From positions 64,001-128,000 of the forward strand of contig JAWOEX010000021.1 in NCBI GenBank assembly GCA_046482545.1: DNA of 64,000 nucleotides, in the 5' to 3' direction. This stretch comes from Candidatus Thorarchaeota archaeon (lineage in GTDB: Archaea; Asgardarchaeota; Thorarchaeia; Thorarchaeales; Thorarchaeaceae). The translations under genes were made by a program, and so were the position numbers. The stretch's first letter is position 1; the number at the start of each line of letters is the position of its first letter. A model generated the notes under the pieces. That model had not been told where the DNA came from and did not search any database. It saw only the letters and a program-made list of their open reading frames with translations. This document shows positions 57,368 to 64,000 of this stretch, one piece after another.

Positions 57368-59041
57368 TCAATCGCTCTGTAAGACATCCTTTAGTCGATT
57401 AACTACCCACTCTCGGCCTAGAAGGTTTACGAATGGTCCCAGTCTTGGCCCAGATCTGCGGGATATCAAGAGCCTGTAAAATACACCAAAAGCTTGTCCC
57501 ACTTTGAGACCGATTTCCCGCGCATTATCGAAGACTGCGGCCTGGATCTCTTCATCTTCCAGTGGGCCAGTTTTAAGCAGGTTGAGCATCTTCCGGAGAA
57601 ACTCTCTCTCGTTTGCAGTAAGGTTTTTGGTAAATTCCTCTGACACTGTATCCCTGATGCTCACTCTATCACGGTTAGAACCAAACTCTTTCACCCAGTT
57701 CTTCGCTCTCTCCAATCGGGTACGGATAAGAGAGGTCATATCTTCAGATACACATTCAACATCGTATTGTTTCTTGATAGCCTCTTCACAACGGCTCATA
57801 ACGGCCTCGGGTCCAAGGAAAGCCTCGAGCTGAGATACAACGATTGCAAACTTGAACGGAAGGCGAGGGGTATAATCTTCACTTACAGAATGAACTTGGG
57901 TAAGAGGATATATCAAGCGGGCCAACTCTATCTCTTCTTCGGTGGCTTCCTCTATCCTGTAGTAGAGTCGCTCAAACCTGTCATATTCATCGATAAGCTC
58001 GGGCAGGCGTTCTGGTTCGATGTTTATTGCTCGTTTCAAATCGGTTTTGAGCATGAGATATCTGTAAACCTCTGGTGGCGCGATTTCAGCCCATGCTTTG
58101 GGAGTGAATATGATTCCCTCAGAAGTTGCCATATCCCGACCACCAATACGAACCCATTCGTAGGAAACCTTCACCGGGCCCTGCTTATCGAAAACTCTAC
58201 GTGAAACTTCTAGGCCAGTATCATACGATCCTCCTTTTACTGAATGATCCTTGCCAGCCGGTTCGCATGTAACATCATAGATATACCACTTCGCAGGCCA
58301 ATCAACCCTCCAAGTAAGCTTGACTTTGACTTCTTCAAGAGGTAATGTATCGGAATATCCACATTCCTGACACTCGAACGTTACCGAATCCTTCTCTTCA
58401 TCATAGTATGTCACTCTGTTTGGTTCAATTGTACCCTTTGTGCCAGACTGAAGATGCCCACATTTAGGACAGACAACTGATACAGGATACCATGACTCCA
58501 TTCCTTTCAGGTATTCCTTACGTTGATTCTCATCAAAATCGCTTGCCACATATTCGACCATTATCTCTCTGATTGTCTCAGTATGACGAAGACATATCCT
58601 CACAGCCTCCAGCATTTCTTCTGTCTCGTAAATCTTGCTTGTCCAAACAACATCAGGATTAACACCAAAATCTGGAAAAGTTTCAATCAACTCGTTAGCA
58701 TAATGGGCTCCGAAGCTCTCACAGCACCCAAATTCATCAGGTATCCGTGAATAAGGAATGCCAGACCATTCATCTATCGGTAGAGAGACGCCATCGGGAA
58801 AAGAACGAATTGGATCATAATCATCAACAACAAACATCATTCTCGCGTTTTTCCCCAAATCCTGAAGTCTTCGCGTAATCACATCTGCAATGATTATTTC
58901 CCGCATGAATCCAATATGAATGCTGCCGCTTGGACTCTTACCTGTGGACAGCAAGTACTGCTCGGTATCACGTTCCAAGACTTCTTCGACAACATCGTCA
59001 ATCCAGTGAATAGAAAATTCATCTTCGACTTGCGGGGGCAT
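57368..59041 (-). CDS. lysS: Class I lysyl-tRNA synthetase
   Basis: HWID, SPSGSIHIG, KLTWRVDWPAKW, EPAGKDH, DMATSEG (KMSKS equivalent), GPRLG. Confidence 0.96.
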   Translation of the reverse strand: MPPQVEDEFSIHWIDDVVEEVLERDTEQYLLSTGKSPSGSIHIGFMREIIIADVITRRLQDLGKNARMMFVVDDYDPIRSFPDGVSLPIDEWSGIPYSRIPDEFGCCESFGAHYANELIETFPDFGVNPDVVWTSKIYETEEMLEAVRICLRHTETIREIMVEYVASDFDENQRKEYLKGMESWYPVSVVCPKCGHLQSGTKGTIEPNRVTYYDEEKDSVTFECQECGYSDTLPLEEVKVKLTWRVDWPAKWYIYDVTCEPAGKDHSVKGGSYDTGLEVSRRVFDKQGPVKVSYEWVRIGGRDMATSEGIIFTPKAWAEIAPPEVYRYLMLKTDLKRAINIEPERLPELIDEYDRFERLYYRIEEATEEEIELARLIYPLTQVHSVSEDYTPRLPFKFAIVVSQLEAFLGPEAVMSRCEEAIKKQYDVECVSEDMTSLIRTRLERAKNWVKEFGSNRDRVSIRDTVSEEFTKNLTANEREFLRKMLNLLKTGPLEDEEIQAAVFDNAREIGLKVGQAFGVFYRLLISRRSGPRLGPFVNLLGREWVVNRLKDVLQSD

Positions 59042-59088
59042 TCTTCATCCTCATGTTGGGGCTTCAAGAACCGCCTAAATAGATTGCT

Positions 59089-60963
59089 CTATATTGCAAA
59101 TTCAGATACTATCAGATTTCGAGACTCAGAAGTGAAGATGAGATATACCGGTATGGCGGCCAATACAACCACTACACCTACTGCCAGCAACATCATTGCA
59201 ACAGAAATAGGAAGATAGAGAATGGATGGAACCGCAGCCTCTGGAACAAGAAAATATATGCTGAAAAGAATTGCTCCGAGTATAGCTGGGATTCCTGATT
59301 TCATCCCCATTTCAATGCCTTCAGCAATCATGGTTTGAGCAATGAAGCTCGGTTTTGCACCAACAGACCGCATGATGGTGTAGTCCCGTAATCTGCCAAA
59401 AACTGATACGAGTAAATAATTCATCAAGCTCAATAACGCACTTGCTAAGGCCATTATTGCTAGTGGTTGAAGAAGGGTCCAAATACCAGCAACGTACTCT
59501 ATATTGCCTTCGAGCGTTTGTTGTTGATGATGAACAGCCAATCCATAGTCAGAGGCGGTATCCTCAATTTGCGACATGAGTGTTGGATTATAGTCATCCA
59601 GCTGAACCAGAAAGAGATTCGGCCCAGATACACCCCAGATATCCTGCATTTCCGAAAAGGAAATCATTGCGACCATACCGCCATTCAGGATATCAAAGGT
59701 AATCGCAGCTACATCGAAGGAAACCCCTTCAACACCCAAGCTCTGTATCATAGGATCTTCGAACAGGGTGTTTGCCATCCTGCCACCAATTGCGGTCTTT
59801 CGTGTCCCTGCAAACTCTCCAAGAGAAAGCTTCTCCTCTTCCCCTTCGAAATACCAGTCTGATATGCAGTTCTCCCAGTGAATACCTACAATCAAAGCGG
59901 AACCAGTTCTGTCACCGCCTATCCGTTCGTATTCACCGGTTTCAGGATTTTGAATATAAGCGGGACCCTCGGAGACAGAAGTATAGTCAATCAGCCGTGC
60001 CTCCGTTTTCATAATCCCGCTCATATTCCCGAGTTTGTCCATCATTTCATTGGATATCAAATCCGCATCATCTAGATAACTGAACGAATCATTGAGTGTA
60101 TCACCCGAGAAGGAATACGCGGAGTAATATCTGGCTAGCAGGTCTGGATTCCCTATGGCTACCACATTGGTTCCCATCGCTCGTGAAACATAGGTGTCTG
60201 TAGTTGTCTGCACAACACCCCCACCAACCCACAGCAGGGATGCGAGCGCAATACTCAGGCCAACTGCCACTACTATTTTCTTTGAATCGGCAATCTTGCG
60301 GCTAAATCCCCGTGTCGCCACTCTGAAAGAGAGGCCAAAGGAATCAAAGAATCCTCGTTTGTGCACCTCTGTGGCCGCATTAGGATTCATCGCAGAGACC
60401 GGCGATTCGTGGACAGCATCATAAATGGGTTTCTGAGCTGCAACGTAACCACTGCCGGTATAGATGAGAGCGAGAATTAGCAATTGAAACCAAGGAAATT
60501 CAAAAGTAAATTGGGCACCTGGCAGCATGGTGCCAAGCCACATCATACCACCTAAGTAGAACATAGTGCCAAAAGCAAAACCAAGAACCAGACTGCCGAT
60601 TATCAGAATCATTGCCTGAGCCATGAAGTGATCAAACACAGTGTCCATCAGGGTTCCAATCGATTTCATCAGTCCAATATCCTTACGTCTACTGCTCATC
60701 TCTAGAGAAACTGTACTCGTTATTACAACAGCACCGAGAAGGATGACAAGAATTAACGAGGTCCAAATGAATCCCTCAAAGAATACAGTCAGCGAGGAGG
60801 TTGAAGCTTCAGAGGTTATCAAGAACGTAATGTCAAGCAGTACATTACCAAACAGGAATAAGAAAACGGTTGCTGCTACCACCGTAGTCATGGTAGCCAT
60901 CACAAGAGCAGTACGTAGAGGTCTTCTTTTGAGATCTTGTGATGCGTGGTCTTGTCTATGCAT
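59089..60963 (-). CDS. FtsX/MacB-like ABC permease (two FtsX domains)
   Basis: RRKDIGLMKSIG and RLRDYTIMRSVGA motifs; multiple TMs with an extracytoplasmic loop. Confidence 0.88.
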   Translation of the reverse strand: MHRQDHASQDLKRRPLRTALVMATMTTVVAATVFLFLFGNVLLDITFLITSEASTSSLTVFFEGFIWTSLILVILLGAVVITSTVSLEMSSRRKDIGLMKSIGTLMDTVFDHFMAQAMILIIGSLVLGFAFGTMFYLGGMMWLGTMLPGAQFTFEFPWFQLLILALIYTGSGYVAAQKPIYDAVHESPVSAMNPNAATEVHKRGFFDSFGLSFRVATRGFSRKIADSKKIVVAVGLSIALASLLWVGGGVVQTTTDTYVSRAMGTNVVAIGNPDLLARYYSAYSFSGDTLNDSFSYLDDADLISNEMMDKLGNMSGIMKTEARLIDYTSVSEGPAYIQNPETGEYERIGGDRTGSALIVGIHWENCISDWYFEGEEEKLSLGEFAGTRKTAIGGRMANTLFEDPMIQSLGVEGVSFDVAAITFDILNGGMVAMISFSEMQDIWGVSGPNLFLVQLDDYNPTLMSQIEDTASDYGLAVHHQQQTLEGNIEYVAGIWTLLQPLAIMALASALLSLMNYLLVSVFGRLRDYTIMRSVGAKPSFIAQTMIAEGIEMGMKSGIPAILGAILFSIYFLVPEAAVPSILYLPISVAMMLLAVGVVVVLAAIPVYLIFTSESRNLIVSEFAI

Positions 60964-61705
60964 TAGGTATCAGCTCTCCGTCTACCATCTCAAATCTACG
61001 GACATCATCAAGCGACAACAACTGTTGATCATGTGTCATAGTTACCACTGTCTTTCCTTCTTGGTTCAAGGCAGTAAGCAGGTCCCTAACCATCTGTGCA
61101 GTATCTACGTCAAGATTGGCAGTAGGTTCATCAGCAAGAATTACAGGCGGATCATTTGCCATTGCCCGAGCAATAGCTACTCTCTGTTGTTCTCCAGAGC
61201 TGAGCTGCCAAGGAAGATGATCTTCGCGATGAGACAGTCCTACCCGTTCAAGCAAATCAGAAGCATCAGACTGTATGGTGTTGAGTTCTCGCTCAGAAAG
61301 CTGCATAGGAAACATCACGTTCTCAAGGGCAGTTAGGGTAGAAATCAGGTTGTAACTCTGAAATATGAAACCTGTATATGTTAGTCTAAAGGTTGCTCTG
61401 AAGGCTTCATCATAGTCACCTATTGGCACATCCAACACGTGAACTCTGCCAGAGGTTACATAATCGATGCAGCCAATGATATTGAGCAATGTTGTCTTGC
61501 CTGAACCTGAAGGGCCACTGATTGCCACAAAGTCTCCTGGAATAATTTCCATAGTCACATTCTGTAGCGCATCAATTTTTCGATTACCAAGTTCATAAGT
61601 TCTATAGACTTTATCCAGCCTGACCGCATGTGTAGCTCCCTCCAAGTCATCCAAGTTAAGCTCAGTATCAGCTTCATTGCTACCAAGCAAAGTGTCTTCA
61701 GACAT
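60956..61705 (-). CDS. LolD/MacB-type ABC ATPase
   Basis: GPSGSGKTT, LSSGEQQRVAIARA, DEPTANLD. Confidence 0.95.
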   Translation of the reverse strand: MSEDTLLGSNEADTELNLDDLEGATHAVRLDKVYRTYELGNRKIDALQNVTMEIIPGDFVAISGPSGSGKTTLLNIIGCIDYVTSGRVHVLDVPIGDYDEAFRATFRLTYTGFIFQSYNLISTLTALENVMFPMQLSERELNTIQSDASDLLERVGLSHREDHLPWQLSSGEQQRVAIARAMANDPPVILADEPTANLDVDTAQMVRDLLTALNQEGKTVVTMTHDQQLLSLDDVRRFEMVDGELIPNA

Positions 61706-61779
61706 TGTTGTTTTCCTCGCAGCCTACATTTTGGTCGGATTGATTCCTATGTCATTAGAGCATGTAGATTGCTTTTGAA

Positions 61780-62544
61780 TCACTTCAGAGAAAGACCCAG
61801 TTCAGATATGGCTTCCGATGCCCATTCCTTCACAACTAGAGGCTTCTCTCTTCCAAATACCTTTAGCTTCTGGACTATATCCGCGTCCAACAGGCTGCTA
61901 ACATAATATGAAACCAAACTCTTGTCCAGTGAAAGAATCCGACTAAGTTCTGCCTGTGTAATCTCAGAATTGGTTAAGCACTTTTCCACAATGGAAGCGA
62001 CCGTCGGATTTCGAATTAGTGCAGCGAGTTCTAGGTTTCGCTTTTCCGATGTGAAGCCAGAGATGAAGAGATGACGCGTATTGCCCATTCTGTGGGAAAC
62101 TACGAGTCCGGCGTCTTCCATATTAGAAAGATGGTATTGAAGCGCACCCATGGCACAATCCAAGTGTCGTCTCAATTCACGCAAATGGATACCGGGAAAA
62201 TTCTCAATCTCATCCAGAATTCTCGCTCTTAATGTGACACCCTGTTCTTTTTCTCCTGCATCGACCGAGATGGTTCCTATAACCAGTATAGATGGTATAA
62301 TATTGCCCAGAGTGTTGGTAAGGGTGTTGTCCATTATTACAGATGTACCCATCCTCATTGATGCAAAGCTCATATCACAGTCAACAGCTGCTTGATGCAT
62401 AGATGCAACCTCACTAATTTCGTCAGCTGAAATTACTGCTGAGCCTCTCTGAACACTAGAAATCAAGAAGACCGCAAGACCGGACATCATGAGAACCATT
62501 ACTGTCGCAGCCAACAGTCCTTTGGTACTTTTTCCAACACTCAT
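61780..62544 (-). CDS. Membrane-tethered double winged-helix regulator (COG3398-like)
   Basis: N-terminal hydrophobic segments; PGIHLRELRRHL..MGALQYHL and ITQAELSRILSLDKSLVSYYV. Confidence 0.8.
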   Translation of the reverse strand: MSVGKSTKGLLAATVMVLMMSGLAVFLISSVQRGSAVISADEISEVASMHQAAVDCDMSFASMRMGTSVIMDNTLTNTLGNIIPSILVIGTISVDAGEKEQGVTLRARILDEIENFPGIHLRELRRHLDCAMGALQYHLSNMEDAGLVVSHRMGNTRHLFISGFTSEKRNLELAALIRNPTVASIVEKCLTNSEITQAELSRILSLDKSLVSYYVSSLLDADIVQKLKVFGREKPLVVKEWASEAISELGLSLK

Positions 62545-62621
62545 TGTTTTTTACCGTGCATCAGATATTATCCTTTACAATTAAGGGATACGTTTGTTAC
62601 ATCGCCGTACGAGCACCTACT

Positions 62622-63176
62622 TTATCCTCGCGGGGGGTAACTCATCTTAATGTGGAAGGTACAGGTTTCGTCCCCGATTGCCATGCATGTTTCTTCCTCA
62701 ATCTGCAGTGTCTCGTATTCAATACGGTTATAGTCAGTCAGGTATTCCATAATCGATTCAATGAAACCCCGCAAGTAGTAGCAAGCCGGCTCATCAGATT
62801 CCATACTAGCAGCATAAGGATTCTCCTTGATTTCGATTATTGCTTCCTCATCAAGAAATAGCTTGTAGAGCTTGGCTATTTCAATTTCTCCAAAAGGTAC
62901 TATCAGCCGCTCCAAGGCCATAGCAATGAATTCAATTATTCCTTTGAAATCGCCAGGGGGAGTCTGCTCTCCTATCTTAAAATATTCCCGTTGTGCTTCC
63001 AATCCGGCTAGCCTTCCAGCACTATAGTAGAGGTCTCTAACGCGATCGGGAAATAGGACCTCAATTCTAGCACCGAGTTTTGTCCAAGTCTTTGCAAAAA
63101 AGGCCTTCATAAGCTCAGTCGAATCGAGCCGTCCCTTCCACCATTCTATGGTTTTTTTATCTGACATCAGGAGCAC
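62622..63176 (-). CDS. V4R domain protein
   Basis: LYYSAGRLAG, PACYYLRGFIES, EETCMAIGDETCTF. Confidence 0.88.
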   Translation of the reverse strand: MLLMSDKKTIEWWKGRLDSTELMKAFFAKTWTKLGARIEVLFPDRVRDLYYSAGRLAGLEAQREYFKIGEQTPPGDFKGIIEFIAMALERLIVPFGEIEIAKLYKLFLDEEAIIEIKENPYAASMESDEPACYYLRGFIESIMEYLTDYNRIEYETLQIEEETCMAIGDETCTFHIKMSYPPRG

Positions 63177-63238
63177 TCCATAGTGAATGTTGCTATCTTC
63201 TCATAAGTGCTTTATTGTGATTTCTATCATTAGAGGCA

Positions 63239-63715
63239 TCACCAGACAAGCCGCACATTCCATATGCAGCGGTCAGAGCCCGTTGCCCTAGACATTTCTT
63301 GAAAGACTTTGGCATCAACACCCTTGAGTTCTAATATGGACTCCAAGATGCCACTGAAGATTTCTCCATAGCCAAAACCCCTCATGCCTTCAAGATGTAC
63401 ATCTTGGCACCATACACATTCTTCATCTGTTATTCGTACACTTCCTCGAGCTGTATCCATATCGATTTCATCTGGCTTCCTGTCGTAAAGGGCTCTGAAC
63501 ACTACCTCAACTAGCTTTGATACATCTTCTCGAGTTTGGATAGTTTCTGGTGTGTTCTCGGCAATATCTGAGTTGAGATACAAGTTGGTAGATATATCTC
63601 GCCCCACCTTCCGAAGTTGTTCGTTGGCTTTTTCGATACTGTCAGTGGAAGCCAAAACCCGGTCAACAATTCGAGAGTAAAGAGTTACCAGTAGTGGATT
63701 TTTAACGCTAACCAT
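63239..63715 (-). CDS. V4R / TRAPP Bet3-like protein
   Basis: EQLRKVGRDI...VFRALYDRKPD...YGEIFSGILESILELKGV..V resembles the Bet3/Trs fold pattern; SRATGSDRC.W. Confidence 0.65.
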   Translation of the reverse strand: MVSVKNPLLVTLYSRIVDRVLASTDSIEKANEQLRKVGRDISTNLYLNSDIAENTPETIQTREDVSKLVEVVFRALYDRKPDEIDMDTARGSVRITDEECVWCQDVHLEGMRGFGYGEIFSGILESILELKGVDAKVFQEMSRATGSDRCIWNVRLVW

Positions 63716-63745
63716 TTTGGGTTGACCTCTAACTTAATTCGTGAG

Positions 63746-64000
63746 TTACAAGGTTCTGCCAATCATGACAAGACCATCTTTCCTGTATTTCCCAATTGTC
63801 CGAATAACCTTATTGAGAGGTGTATCAGTCATCTCAGCGATTTGTTCTGGTGTATGATGCCCATCACAGAGGCTGATAATGTTCTGATCTTCTGAATCAA
63901 CTTCCGACTCCTTGCCTTCGTACATGGGACATTTGACAAAGCGACCCATAGCACGTTCGACCTCTTGATCTTTCTCTGCACGCGGAAGGTCAACAATTCG
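63746..64000 (-). CDS. C-terminal part of a protein ending in a winged helix; runs off the window end
   Basis: Frame open to 64000 (RIVDLPRAEKDQEVERAMGRF...); LCDGHHTPEQIAEMT.......TIGKY..DGLV. Confidence 0.7.
   Translation of the reverse strand, partial: RIVDLPRAEKDQEVERAMGRFVKCPMYEGKESEVDSEDQNIISLCDGHHTPEQIAEMTDTPLNKVIRTIGKYRKDGLVMIGRTL

Overview
Gene-dense archaeal chromosomal window, almost certainly from an Asgard archaeon and probably Thorarchaeia-like (inferred from gene content). Archaeal housekeeping genes include IleRS, class I LysRS, CCA-adding enzyme, RtcB, TrmY, S26e, the PoK/PPS/PanE/CoaBC coenzyme A genes, GGPP synthase, tetraether synthase Tes, Ino1, an AIP synthase-like enzyme and tRNA-Gln(CUG). 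They are interspersed with eukaryotic-signature-like proteins: four small GTPases, a roadblock protein, a longin/uDENN-like protein, V4R/Bet3-like proteins, a TPR+PCI-like protein and a stand-alone EF-2 paralog. No transposase, integrase or CRISPR array was seen. The main unexplained signal is a ~1.9 kb protein-free island at 2940-4830. It appears to encode a large (~650-820 nt) nested-helix + strand ncRNA with a repeated structural module. Facing it are two separately promoted ~130-nt minus-strand small RNAs that share an identical 52-nt core inside sequence-divergent but pairing-conserved stems. A third unannotated 100-nt RNA with a tRNA-like ACCA 3' end lies beside tRNA-Gln (15938-16037). 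All RNA structures were derived by eye; no folding program or database search was run.
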